This document shows positions 5,888 to 14,787 of a DNA stretch of 31,215 bases, in pieces. The position numbers and the translations under genes are program-made. Under the pieces are notes generated by a model. That model saw only the letters and a program-made list of their open reading frames with translations. It did not search any database and was not told the DNA's origin. Numbering within the stretch: the first letter of the stretch is position 1; each line of letters starts with the position of its first letter. The stretch lies in the IMG/VR virus record IMGVR_UViG_3300033076_000312, positions 1 to 31,215 of that record; one strand, given 5' to 3'. This DNA is from a virus (Duplodnaviria; Caudoviricetes).

Positions 5888-6283
5888 ATGGAAGATATGA
5901 CGCCGAAGCGTCTCACTAGGTTTAAAGGAAACCTGTGGACGCGATACCGTATACGGTTGCCCGACTTTTTACGAATGCTTGACGAGCAGGACCACCGCTG
6001 CGCGATTTGTAGTGTGGATTTTGAGCTAGGCAGTAAAGAAAGGACCGGGCCGAATAAACCTGTCGTCGATCACTGTCATAGTCAGGGACACGTTCGCGGC
6101 ATCTTGTGCCATGCGTGTAATAAGCTTATCGGTCTGGCTGGCGATAGTCCTGACATTCTACATCGCGCAATTGTTTACCTTGCGCAACGATCCGTGCTAT
6201 ACGATCTCAATCAACCGGAGACTGGTGATGAAGAAACCGACGAAGATGCAGAAGAAGATCGGCAAGGTCATGGGCGAATTTAA
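5888..6283 (+). CDS. Endonuclease VII-family (His-Me finger) protein, probably a free-standing homing endonuclease
   Basis: RYRI...MLDEQDHRCAIC...VDHCHSQGHVRGILCHACNKLIG...LHRAIVYL. Confidence 0.9.
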   Translation: MEDMTPKRLTRFKGNLWTRYRIRLPDFLRMLDEQDHRCAICSVDFELGSKERTGPNKPVVDHCHSQGHVRGILCHACNKLIGLAGDSPDILHRAIVYLAQRSVLYDLNQPETGDEETDEDAEEDRQGHGRI

Positions 6284-6389
6284 GTCCGGTACTTTGCATA
6301 GTGGCAAGGGTGGCCCGGTTGTTAAGAGCCGTAAGCAGGCAGTTGCTATTGCCATGTCTGAAGGCCGCAAGGCTTCTAAGAAGAAGTAA
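6228..6389 (+). CDS. Small basic protein, DUF6496-like (53 aa)
   Basis: MKKPTKMQKKIGKVMGEFKSGTLHSGKGGPVVKSRKQAVAIAMSEGRKASKKK. SD GGAG. Confidence 0.8.
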   Translation: MKKPTKMQKKIGKVMGEFKSGTLHSGKGGPVVKSRKQAVAIAMSEGRKASKKK

Positions 6390-6392
6390 GAT

Positions 6393-6830
6393 ATGGATTG
6401 CCCGATCCAGACTCAGGACATCAAGGCAAACTTGAAGAACCGTAACTGGGCTTTCAAGAATGTCGGATATGGCCCGGCTAACCCGGAAGAACCCAATGCT
6501 GAGTTCTGGAATGCTAAGGCCGATATGTGGCAGACGCCACTGGCCGAGGCGAAGGGTATGCGGTGCAAGAACTGCGCCGCCTTCATCCAGACGCCGCAGA
6601 TGCTTGAGTGCATCAAGTACGGTATGGAGGGTGATGAAAAAGGTCCGTCCTATGAGGAGGAAGTCCAGGCCGCAGCTAATCTCGGCTTTTGCGAACTCTT
6701 CCACTTTAAGTGTGCTGGTGATCGGACCTGTGATGCTTGGCTTGCCGGCGGTCCGGTAACTGTTCCGCTGTCTGGCCGTAAGCGCGCCCAGCTTGAAATG
6801 CACGGCGCCGCATATAAGAGCGAGGACTGA
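6393..6830 (+). CDS. Cys-rich phage protein (possible metal or Fe-S binding)
   Basis: RCKNCAAF...GFCELFHFKCAGDRTCDAW. Confidence 0.75.
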   Translation: MDCPIQTQDIKANLKNRNWAFKNVGYGPANPEEPNAEFWNAKADMWQTPLAEAKGMRCKNCAAFIQTPQMLECIKYGMEGDEKGPSYEEEVQAAANLGFCELFHFKCAGDRTCDAWLAGGPVTVPLSGRKRAQLEMHGAAYKSED

Positions 6831-6833
6831 TCG

Positions 6834-6989
6834 GTGAAAAAGAAACCAGTCTGGGACACAAAGAACCCCGCCAAGAAGTCGAAGCCAATGACTTCGAAGC
6901 AGAAGGCGTCGGCCAAGGCTATGGCCAAATCCGCCGGGCGTCCGTACCCGAACCTAGTCGACAATATGCGGGCCGCGAGGAAGAAGTGA
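6834..6989 (+). CDS. Small basic protein (51 aa, not in ORF track)
   Basis: (M)KKKPVWDTKNPAKKSKPMTSKQKASAKAMAKSAGRPYPNLVDNMRAARKK*. TGA overlaps the next GTG. Confidence 0.7.
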   Translation: MKKKPVWDTKNPAKKSKPMTSKQKASAKAMAKSAGRPYPNLVDNMRAARKK

Positions 6990-7246
6990 AGAAAGACAGT
7001 CGCCTTACTCGCGCTGGCGTTTCCGGTTATAACAAGCCGAAGAAGACGCCGAGCCATCCGACCAAGAGCCACGTCGTCGTGGCCAAGGAAGGCGACCAGG
7101 TTAAGACGATCCGCTTCGGCCAGCAGGGCGTAACCGGATCGCCAGATGGATCAAAGCGCAACGAAGCTTTCAAAGCCCGCCATGCGCACAATATCGCTAA
7201 GGGCAAAATGTCAGCGGCCTACTGGGCCAATAAGGTTAAGTGGTAA
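6986..7246 (+). CDS. Small basic phage protein (86 aa)
   Basis: GYNKPKKTPSHPTKSHVVVAKEGDQVKTIRFGQQG...FKARH...SAAYWANKVKW. Confidence 0.8.
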   Translation: MKKDSRLTRAGVSGYNKPKKTPSHPTKSHVVVAKEGDQVKTIRFGQQGVTGSPDGSKRNEAFKARHAHNIAKGKMSAAYWANKVKW

Positions 7247-7257
7247 GGAATAGCCGC

Positions 7258-9540
7258 ATGGCATATCGCAATAATAAGAAGCCGACTCAGAACGAGCAGA
7301 AGATGATGCTCAAAGACGGGACTGAAGTATCCGTCGAAATGGAAGACGGCGTCGAAGTAGAAGTCGAAATGCCGGAAGAAGAAGGCGGCGTCACTGAAGA
7401 AGAACTTCAGAGTATTGTTGCTGGCGAAATCGACGACTCGCAAGCCTATATTGACGATGTCATTAGCCCTGAGCGGGCAATGGCCGGTCAATACTATAAG
7501 GGCGAGCCGTTCGGTAATGAAGAAGAAGGCCGCAGCCAAGTCGTTTCGATGGACGTGCGCGACACCGTGCAGGCTATCATGCCGTCGATTATGCGTGTAT
7601 TCTTCGGTTCGAGCAACGTTGTCGAGTACGCGCCGAACGGGCCGGAAGACGTAGCAAACGCCGAACAGGCCACCGACTATGTCAACTACTGCCTGACCCG
7701 CGACAACAACTTGTTCATGGTCTGCTACGAGACGTTCAAGGACGCACTGGTCCGCAAGAACGGTATCGCTAAGGTTTGGTGGAACGAAGAGAAGGAAGTG
7801 CAGACCTTCTCGTTCGACGGTCTGAGCCAGGAAGCCTACACCGTCCTGATGTCCGACCCCGATGTCGAGATCGTTGAGGTCGAGATTGAGTCGGGCGAAA
7901 CGATGGTAATGGGGCCAGACGGCGTCGAAGTGTCGATGCCGACCCCGCCGGAATATTCCTGCACCATTCGCCGCACGACCGACAAGGGACGCCTGTGCGT
8001 CTCGGCCGTGCCGCCTGAAGAGTTTCTGATCGACCGCCGCGCTCGGAACATCGAAGAAGCCGAGTTCGTCGCCCATCGCCGTTACGTCACTGTGTCCGAT
8101 CTCGTGAAGATGGGTTACGAGATGGACGAGATCGAGAACCTTGGCTACGAAACACAGGACGACTTTGGGGGGAACGAAGAAACCTTCGACCGGAATCCGA
8201 ACGCAACGATTCTTGGCGCGGGCCGCACAGACGTGGCGAGCCGCAAAGTTCTTTATATCGAAGCGTATGTCCGGGTAGACATGGACGGCGATGGAATCGC
8301 CGAACTGCGCCGCGTCTGCGTTGGCGGCACCGCCTACAAGGTCCTGCACAACGAGCGTTGCGACCTGATCCCGTTCGTATCGTTCTGCCCCGATCCGGAG
8401 CCGCACACCTTCTTCGGCCTGTCAATCGCCGACGTTGTGATGGATATTCAGCTTATCAAGTCGAATATCCTGCGCAATATGCTTGACAGCTTGGCGCAGT
8501 CTATCCACCCGCGCACCGCGGTTGTTGAAGGCCAAGTCAACCTCGAAGACGTGATGAACACCGAAGTTGGTGGTATCATCCGTATGCGCGCACCGGGCAT
8601 GGTGCAGCCGTTCAACCAGCCGTTCGTTGGCCAGGCCGCGTTCCCGATGCTGGCCTACATGGACGAACTGCGCGAGAACCGTACCGGCATCAGCAAAGCT
8701 GCCGCTGGCCTCGACGCTAATGCGCTCCAGTCTTCAACCCGCGCCGCCGTTGCCGCGACGATCACCGCCGCGCAGCAGCACATCGAACTGATCTGCCGCA
8801 TCTTCGCGGAGACCGGCATGAAGGTTCTGTTCGAGAAGGCGCTGAAGCTGATTACGATGAACCAAGATGCACCGCGTATGGTGCGTCTGCGCGATAAGTT
8901 CGTGCCAATTGACCCGCGTGTCTGGAACGCCAACATGGACGTTATCGTCAATGTGGCGCTTGGCACTGGCACCACCGAAGAAAAGATGAACTTCCTCGGC
9001 CAGATCGCGGCCAAGCAGGAAATGCTGATCCAGCAGGGCGGCGTGCAGGATAACCCGCTGGTTGACCTGTCGCAGTATCGCAACACCTTGGCGCAGATGC
9101 TGGCTATGGCCGGCTTCAAGGACGCTGGTCAATTCTTCAAGGACCCAGCAAACCAGCCGCCCCCGCCGCCTCCGGCTCCGCCCCCGCCGTCGCCTGAGCA
9201 GATTTTGGCACAGGTTCAGGTGCAGGCTATCCAGGCCGACATCCAGAAGAAGGCCGCAGAGCTTGAACTTCAGCGCGAAGAAATGCTGCGCAAGGACGAC
9301 CGCGAACGCGACAAGCTCGATGCCGACGTGATGCTGAAGGCTGCGGAGATCGAAGCCAAGTATGGCGCACAGGTCAACACGGCTCAGATCGAAGCGATGG
9401 TGCAGCGTGACCGCGAAGTATCGCGCCAGCAGGCCGAGACGCAGCGCGCTGTAGCTACAGCCGCCGTCCAAGCCGCACAGGCTGCACAAGCTGCACCCGC
9501 CCCAGAACAGCCTCAGATGCCGCCTGAAGGGATGATGTAA
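7258..9540 (+). CDS. Portal protein (P22-like, long helical C-terminus)
   Basis: 760 aa downstream of terL. YYKGEPFGNEEEGRSQVVSMDVRD, AEQATDYVNY, FKDALVRKNGIAKVWW, VPPEEFLID and a Q/A-rich coiled-coil tail. Confidence 0.9.
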   Translation: MAYRNNKKPTQNEQKMMLKDGTEVSVEMEDGVEVEVEMPEEEGGVTEEELQSIVAGEIDDSQAYIDDVISPERAMAGQYYKGEPFGNEEEGRSQVVSMDVRDTVQAIMPSIMRVFFGSSNVVEYAPNGPEDVANAEQATDYVNYCLTRDNNLFMVCYETFKDALVRKNGIAKVWWNEEKEVQTFSFDGLSQEAYTVLMSDPDVEIVEVEIESGETMVMGPDGVEVSMPTPPEYSCTIRRTTDKGRLCVSAVPPEEFLIDRRARNIEEAEFVAHRRYVTVSDLVKMGYEMDEIENLGYETQDDFGGNEETFDRNPNATILGAGRTDVASRKVLYIEAYVRVDMDGDGIAELRRVCVGGTAYKVLHNERCDLIPFVSFCPDPEPHTFFGLSIADVVMDIQLIKSNILRNMLDSLAQSIHPRTAVVEGQVNLEDVMNTEVGGIIRMRAPGMVQPFNQPFVGQAAFPMLAYMDELRENRTGISKAAAGLDANALQSSTRAAVAATITAAQQHIELICRIFAETGMKVLFEKALKLITMNQDAPRMVRLRDKFVPIDPRVWNANMDVIVNVALGTGTTEEKMNFLGQIAAKQEMLIQQGGVQDNPLVDLSQYRNTLAQMLAMAGFKDAGQFFKDPANQPPPPPPAPPPPSPEQILAQVQVQAIQADIQKKAAELELQREEMLRKDDRERDKLDADVMLKAAEIEAKYGAQVNTAQIEAMVQRDREVSRQQAETQRAVATAAVQAAQAAQAAPAPEQPQMPPEGMM

Positions 9541-11186
9541 TGGCCGATATGTACTCCGGTTTGACTCCGCAGGAGAATAGTCTGCTGAAGGCACTTCTGG
9601 CTGGTGAACAGCGCACTCCGACTGAGCAGCCGGTCGAAGCCGTACCGGCCGAACCGGATACGTCCAGCATAGTCGGCTGGGACCCCAGCATGATCGTGAC
9701 TAGCCCATTCAGCGTACTGGCGGACCCCGGCCAAGCCTACGATCCGAACATGGTCTATCGGTTCGACACCGGCAATAAGATCGGCGTACCGAACGCTAGT
9801 GGCGGATATGACTATCAGAACGCCGCTCCGGTCGTATTTCAGCCGGGCCAGCAATACGTCATGGTGAACCCGCTTAATGGGAACGTCATCGCCCGCGCCA
9901 GCACTCCAGAAGAGATGCAGAAGCTGGTCGATCTGTCCAGCAGTAACAAAGACTGGCAACTGTACCGGGCCAACGAGCAAGGTGGCTACACACCAGGCAC
10001 GCAGCTTTTCGACCGCTCAAATGCGGGCTCACTCGGCAGCCTGTTGGTTAACATGGGCGCGATAGCACTCCCTGCTGTTGGCGGGGCCGTTTTGGGCCCA
10101 GCTTTGGCGGGGACCGGCGCCTTAGGTATTGGTGTTAGCGCCCCGGTAGGTGTAGGTCTTGGTACTGCGGCCGGATCAGCACTCTCTGGCGCAACCGCCG
10201 GAAAAAGTATCGAAGATATTCTTAAACAAGCAGCAATAGCCGGCATAACTGCTGGTGGATTTCAGGCACTTGCGGGGTCTTCTTCGGCTACTGCGAACAA
10301 AGTTGCCGGCCTCGCCGCCGATCTACAGCCGCAAGTCATTGATGGCACGATAACAGCCGCCCAAGCCGCACAACAACTTACCCGGGCTGGGGCAACGGCC
10401 GCGGACATTGCGCGTTTTACCGCTGATGTGGCTGGTACCGCAGTTTCGACTGCACCTACTGTTATTGGAAATATAGCAAATGCTGTCGCCGGCGCAGCCC
10501 CTGTAGCGTCCGGAGCATCAGGTGCTATCGGAGCCGCAACGTCTGTTCCGGGTACTGTCGTACAGGGCCGCCCAGACCCGGCCGATATTATCCGCGCTAA
10601 CCCGCAGATCGGTATCCTCGACCCGTTGTTGTCGCAGTTTACGCAAGACGAGATCATAAATGCATCGCGCCGCGTTCAGCAGGAACAGAATCAACCCGCC
10701 ACGACCGTAACAGCTACGCAGCCGACGGTCCCTATACCACCGCCTTCAATTTTGCCGCCTCCTGCTACGACGGTAACGGCCTCAACTACTCCGGCCTCTG
10801 TAGAGCAGACCGCACCGCCTGTGGTTGTGCCACCTCCCGGGACGACAGTTGTCGGCGACACCACTCGCCCGCAACTCACAGAAAATGATATTCGCACGCT
10901 TCCAGGAAACCCTACTCTTGCACCGAATACGTCGGAATTCACTCTGGATAAGAACGGCAATCTTCTCAACGATATTCTGAAGTATTATACTTTAGGCAGC
11001 GGTGTTCTCGATATGCTTGGCGTTGGCCAAGGCGGTGGCAGCACTGCCACAACAACGCCGTATACCTCGACCCTCGGCGTTCTGCCGACGTTTGGCCGCG
11101 GCGCGTTCACGCCATATCAGGGCGATTACGAGCAGTACGGTTTTGGTCCTGAGTTTAATTTCTTCGGCAGTGCAAAGAATGGATAA
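9540..11186 (+). CDS. Gly/Ala/Thr/Pro-rich putative virion (ejection-like) protein
   Basis: Coupled to portal (TAATG). Hydrophobic glycine-zipper segment GAIALPAVGGAVLGPALAGTGALGIGV and Pro/Thr-rich repeats. Function inferred. Confidence 0.6.
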   Translation: MADMYSGLTPQENSLLKALLAGEQRTPTEQPVEAVPAEPDTSSIVGWDPSMIVTSPFSVLADPGQAYDPNMVYRFDTGNKIGVPNASGGYDYQNAAPVVFQPGQQYVMVNPLNGNVIARASTPEEMQKLVDLSSSNKDWQLYRANEQGGYTPGTQLFDRSNAGSLGSLLVNMGAIALPAVGGAVLGPALAGTGALGIGVSAPVGVGLGTAAGSALSGATAGKSIEDILKQAAIAGITAGGFQALAGSSSATANKVAGLAADLQPQVIDGTITAAQAAQQLTRAGATAADIARFTADVAGTAVSTAPTVIGNIANAVAGAAPVASGASGAIGAATSVPGTVVQGRPDPADIIRANPQIGILDPLLSQFTQDEIINASRRVQQEQNQPATTVTATQPTVPIPPPSILPPPATTVTASTTPASVEQTAPPVVVPPPGTTVVGDTTRPQLTENDIRTLPGNPTLAPNTSEFTLDKNGNLLNDILKYYTLGSGVLDMLGVGQGGGSTATTTPYTSTLGVLPTFGRGAFTPYQGDYEQYGFGPEFNFFGSAKNG

Positions 11187-11415
11187 ACAAAAACTGATCG
11201 ACCGTGGCTTCCACGCCAAGCGGTTATTAGAAGACGAGTTGCTCGCCGATTGTTTTACTCGTATTGAGAAAGACATATTCGACGAATGGAAAGATACTTC
11301 AGTGCATAATTACGATGAACGCACTGATCTGTTTCTTACGCTTAAATGTCTTGAGCGTTTGAAAGCTCGACTTCGAGCAATCCTTGATGACGGTAACATT
11401 GCATCAAGGAGTTAA
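11179..11415 (+). CDS. Small helical protein preceding the scaffold (78 aa)
   Basis: MDKQKLIDRGFHAKRLLEDELL...; overlaps the upstream stop. Confidence 0.75.
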   Translation: MDKQKLIDRGFHAKRLLEDELLADCFTRIEKDIFDEWKDTSVHNYDERTDLFLTLKCLERLKARLRAILDDGNIASRS

Positions 11416-11437
11416 CATCGCAGCCAAAAGGTGATAT

Positions 11438-12460
11438 ATGGCCACTGAGGACGGCAACCCCGATACCGGGATCGGACTTCACGAAGCAACTCTTGCCATC
11501 AGTAAACTTCTCGGCCCTGAAGAGGACAACCAAGAGACTGAGGCGCTAGACCCGGAAACGGGTGATGAGGACGAAGTAGAAGAGTACGAAGAAGTCGAAG
11601 CTGACGGGCAGACTGAAGACGAACTCGAAACTGAAGACTCAGAACTGCAAGACGAAGATAGCAACGAAGAAGCTACGCAGGAACTTCCGGAAGACCTGAC
11701 TATCAAGGTTAAAGTTGATGGTGAGGAAGTAGAAGTCACCCTGGCCGAACTTCGGAACGGTTATTCTAGGACGGCAGACTATACGCGGAAAGCAACCGCA
11801 TTGGCCAACGAGCGCAAGACGCTTCAGGCCGAAGTGGAATCGATCCGCAACGAACGCGCTCAATACGAGCAGCTTCTGCCCGCGCTGCGTATGCAGCTTG
11901 AGCAAGCGGCTGCTGCGGAGCCTGATTGGGACAATCTCTACGAAGAGGACCCCATTGAGGCAGCGCGGTTGGAACGTCATTGGCGGAAGTCCCGCGAGGA
12001 ACAAGCGCAGAAGCTCAAAGCCATCGAGGCCGAGCAGCAGCGTCTCCAGCAGGAAAACGCCAAGGAACAGCAGCGTGCTATGGCAGCGTTTATCGAGGCC
12101 GAACGTGCTAAGTTGCCTGAAGTGATCCCTGAGTGGAAGAACCAGGAAACTCTAGTTCGTGAAGTCAACGATCTTCGCAACTGGGCGATGACGCAGGGCT
12201 TGTCGGAACAGGAAGTCAATTCCCTCCAGCAAGCATCGCATATCGCCATTCTGCGTAAAGCCATGCTGTTTGATAAGGGTTCGAAGACTGTGGCCGAATC
12301 AAAGGCGCCTACGACAAAGAAAGTGGCGCGTATTGTGAAGCCCGGTTCTAAGGGTACTCAAGTCTCGACGGGTTCAACCGAAGTAAAGAGAGCGTCACAG
12401 CGCCTTGCGCGTTCTGGCCGTATTTCAGATGCGGCTGCGCTTTTGGATAAACTCATTTAA
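11438..12460 (+). CDS. Capsid scaffolding protein
   Basis: Very acidic N-terminus, VKVDGEEVEVTLAELRNGYSRTADYTRK motif, coiled coil; directly upstream of the capsid gene. Confidence 0.88.
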   Translation: MATEDGNPDTGIGLHEATLAISKLLGPEEDNQETEALDPETGDEDEVEEYEEVEADGQTEDELETEDSELQDEDSNEEATQELPEDLTIKVKVDGEEVEVTLAELRNGYSRTADYTRKATALANERKTLQAEVESIRNERAQYEQLLPALRMQLEQAAAAEPDWDNLYEEDPIEAARLERHWRKSREEQAQKLKAIEAEQQRLQQENAKEQQRAMAAFIEAERAKLPEVIPEWKNQETLVREVNDLRNWAMTQGLSEQEVNSLQQASHIAILRKAMLFDKGSKTVAESKAPTTKKVARIVKPGSKGTQVSTGSTEVKRASQRLARSGRISDAAALLDKLI

Positions 12461-12473
12461 GAGGACTTTACTT

Positions 12474-13424
12474 ATGGCAATTGTAGCAAATACTTTCACC
12501 CGTTATTCGGCTATCGGTATCCGCGAAGACCTGTCGAATGTGATCTACAACATCTCGCCGGAAGAAACCCCGTTCATCTCGAACATCGGCCGCGAGAACG
12601 TTAAGAACACCTACTTCGAATGGCAGACCGACAGCCTGGCCGCTGCTTCGTCGTCGAACGCCGCGCTGGAAGGCGACGACGTTTCGTCGTTCACCGCCGT
12701 CAACCCCACCAGCCGCGTCGGCAACTACACCCAGATTTCGACCAAGAACGTCGTTATCTCGGGTACGCTCGAAGCTCTGGACAAGGCCGGCCGTCGTTCG
12801 GAACTGACCTATCAGCTTGCCAAGCTGGGTTCGGAACTGAAGCGCGACATGGAAAGCGCCCTGCTTGCCAACCAGTCGCCGGTTGCCGGTAACACCACCA
12901 CCGCTCGCCGCACCGCTGGTCTCCCCGCCTGGATCAAGACCAACGTCAACAAGGCTTCGGACGGTGCCAACAACTCGGGTATTTCGGCTCGTACCGATGG
13001 TACGCAGCGTGCGTTCACCGAAACCATCCTGAAGGACGTGATCTCGCAGGTCTGGACCTCGGGCGGCACGCCGAAGATGCTGATGGTTGGCGCGTTCAAC
13101 AAGCAGGCTGCTTCGGCCTTTGACGGCATCGCGACCCGCTACCGCGACGTTCCGGCTGGCCAGCAGGCTCAGATCATCGGCGCTGCCGACGTTTACGTGT
13201 CGGACTTCGGCACCGTGAACATCGTGCCGAACCGCTTCCAGCGCGCTCGCGACGCCTTCGTCGTCGATCCGGACTACGCATCGCTCGCGATCCTGCGTCC
13301 GATCCAGCAGATGGAACTGGCCAAGACCGGCGACGCTGAGAAGCGCCTGATGCTGGTCGAATACGGTCTGAAGGTCTCGAACGAAGCCGCTCACGGCATC
13401 GCCGCCGACCTTACCACGGCCTAA
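12474..13424 (+). CDS. Major capsid protein (DUF5309/SU10-like, 316 aa)
   Basis: GIREDLSNVIYNISPEETPF, FEWQTDSL, NYTQI, ELKRDME, YVSDFG, ELAKTGDAEKRLMLVEYGL. Strong codon bias; SD GAGGA. Confidence 0.92.
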   Translation: MAIVANTFTRYSAIGIREDLSNVIYNISPEETPFISNIGRENVKNTYFEWQTDSLAAASSSNAALEGDDVSSFTAVNPTSRVGNYTQISTKNVVISGTLEALDKAGRRSELTYQLAKLGSELKRDMESALLANQSPVAGNTTTARRTAGLPAWIKTNVNKASDGANNSGISARTDGTQRAFTETILKDVISQVWTSGGTPKMLMVGAFNKQAASAFDGIATRYRDVPAGQQAQIIGAADVYVSDFGTVNIVPNRFQRARDAFVVDPDYASLAILRPIQQMELAKTGDAEKRLMLVEYGLKVSNEAAHGIAADLTTA

Positions 13425-13429
13425 TTGAC

Positions 13430-13469
13430 AGAGGGGTGGGGGTAAGTTTAGGCTTACCCCCTAACCTTT
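13430..13469 (+). terminator. Hairpin after the capsid gene (weak terminator or mRNA stabiliser)
   Basis: GGGGGTAAGT-ttag-GCTTACCCCC stem with no long U-tract. Confidence 0.55.
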
Positions 13470-13481
13470 GAGGATATTCTA

Positions 13482-13787
13482 ATGTCAAAGCGCCTTATCT
13501 CTGACGACGTAGATACCGGGATTAAGACCTATCTTCAGTATGACGGCACCGATGATGACGCCGTTATCGTAAAAGAGCAGGACGTAACTGGGATCGTCGA
13601 GTCTAACCGGGCCGCATTTGACTCCGCCCCAAAGCGTTGGGGCGACATGACGCACGTAGGCCGCATCCCGATGACGGTCTATTACGAGCTACAGCGCAAG
13701 GGCATCCTGGACGATCAGCAGGAACTCGTGAAGTGGCTTAATGATCCAGCGAACGCTATGTGGCGTGTCCGGCCGGGGAGCATCTAA
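13482..13787 (+). CDS. Hypothetical protein following the capsid gene (101 aa)
   Basis: QDVTGIVESN...HVGRIPMTVY...KWLNDPANAMWR. SD GAGGA. Confidence 0.75.
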   Translation: MSKRLISDDVDTGIKTYLQYDGTDDDAVIVKEQDVTGIVESNRAAFDSAPKRWGDMTHVGRIPMTVYYELQRKGILDDQQELVKWLNDPANAMWRVRPGSI

Positions 13788-14407
13788 TGGCTATCACAAC
13801 CTACGCCGAACTGAAGACCGCCGTTGGTGACTGGCTCAATCGGAGTGACCTCGACAGCGTCATTCCGAATTTTATTTCTTTGGCCGAAGCGCAATTCAAT
13901 CGGTCGATCCGTCACCGCAAGATGGTCGTCCGCGCCGACGCTACGCTCGATACGCCGTACTTCGCTGTCCCAGCCGACTGGCTTCAGACGATCCGCTTCC
14001 AGCTTAATACGAACCCGGTAACGCCGCTGTTGTTCGTTACGCCGGAACAGGCGCTCGAAGAGAACATGGTCTATAGTGCCGGCCAGCAGCCGTTGTTCTA
14101 TACGACTATCGGCCAGCAGTTTCAGGTCGTGCCCACGCCTGACACTTCGTATGATGCAGAGCTTCTCTACTACGCCAAAATCCCGGCGTTGTCGGACAGC
14201 AACACTACGAACTGGTTGCTCACCGAAAGCCCGGACATCTACCTCTACGGCGCCCTGATCCAGAGCGCGCCGTATCTGAAGGAAGATGACCGAATTAACG
14301 TTTGGGCGGGGCTGTATCAAAAGCTAATTGATGATATGATGCTGGCCGATGAACGCGCTCGCATAGGGTCGTCGAAACTTAAAACTCGCATAAGGACATT
14401 CGGATGA
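13787..14407 (+). CDS. Head-tail adaptor protein
   Basis: MAITTYAELKTAVGDWLNRSDL..IPNFISLAEA...LYYAKIPALSDSNTTNWLL..PDIYLYGAL; position after the head genes. Confidence 0.75.
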   Translation: MAITTYAELKTAVGDWLNRSDLDSVIPNFISLAEAQFNRSIRHRKMVVRADATLDTPYFAVPADWLQTIRFQLNTNPVTPLLFVTPEQALEENMVYSAGQQPLFYTTIGQQFQVVPTPDTSYDAELLYYAKIPALSDSNTTNWLLTESPDIYLYGALIQSAPYLKEDDRINVWAGLYQKLIDDMMLADERARIGSSKLKTRIRTFG

Positions 14408-14784
14408 GCTTCTCGAACTATCTTGAGAACAAGGTGATGCTGCACGTTTTCGGCGGCACGTCCTACACCGCCCCCAGCACCCTGTATGTTGGTCTGTACA
14501 CGTCTGATCCTGGCGAAGCCAACACGGGTACCGAAGTGTCTGGTGGTTCGTATGCGCGTCAATCGGCTGCGTTCACTATTACCAATAACCTGGCATCCAA
14601 TACCGCCGCGATTGAATTCCCGACTGCAACGGGTTCGTGGGGTACGGTAGCTTATGTTGGTATTAGCGATGCGCTGAGTGGCGGCAACCTTCTCGCCTCT
14701 GGTGCGCTGACTACTTCGAAGACCATCTCCAGCGGCGACGTGTTCCGCATTCCTCTGGGTGATCTCGACATTACGCTGGACTAA
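14404..14784 (+). CDS. Small virion beta-sandwich / fibre-associated protein
   Basis: SNYLENKV...LYVGLYTSDPGE..GTEVSGGSYARQ...DALSGGNLL. Confidence 0.7.
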   Translation: MSFSNYLENKVMLHVFGGTSYTAPSTLYVGLYTSDPGEANTGTEVSGGSYARQSAAFTITNNLASNTAAIEFPTATGSWGTVAYVGISDALSGGNLLASGALTTSKTISSGDVFRIPLGDLDITLD

Positions 14785-14787
14785 TAC

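Noticed and set aside
13400-13430. Programmed frameshift or readthrough extending the capsid protein
   Set aside because: No slippery heptamer near the TAA stop, and the next gene has its own SD and start.
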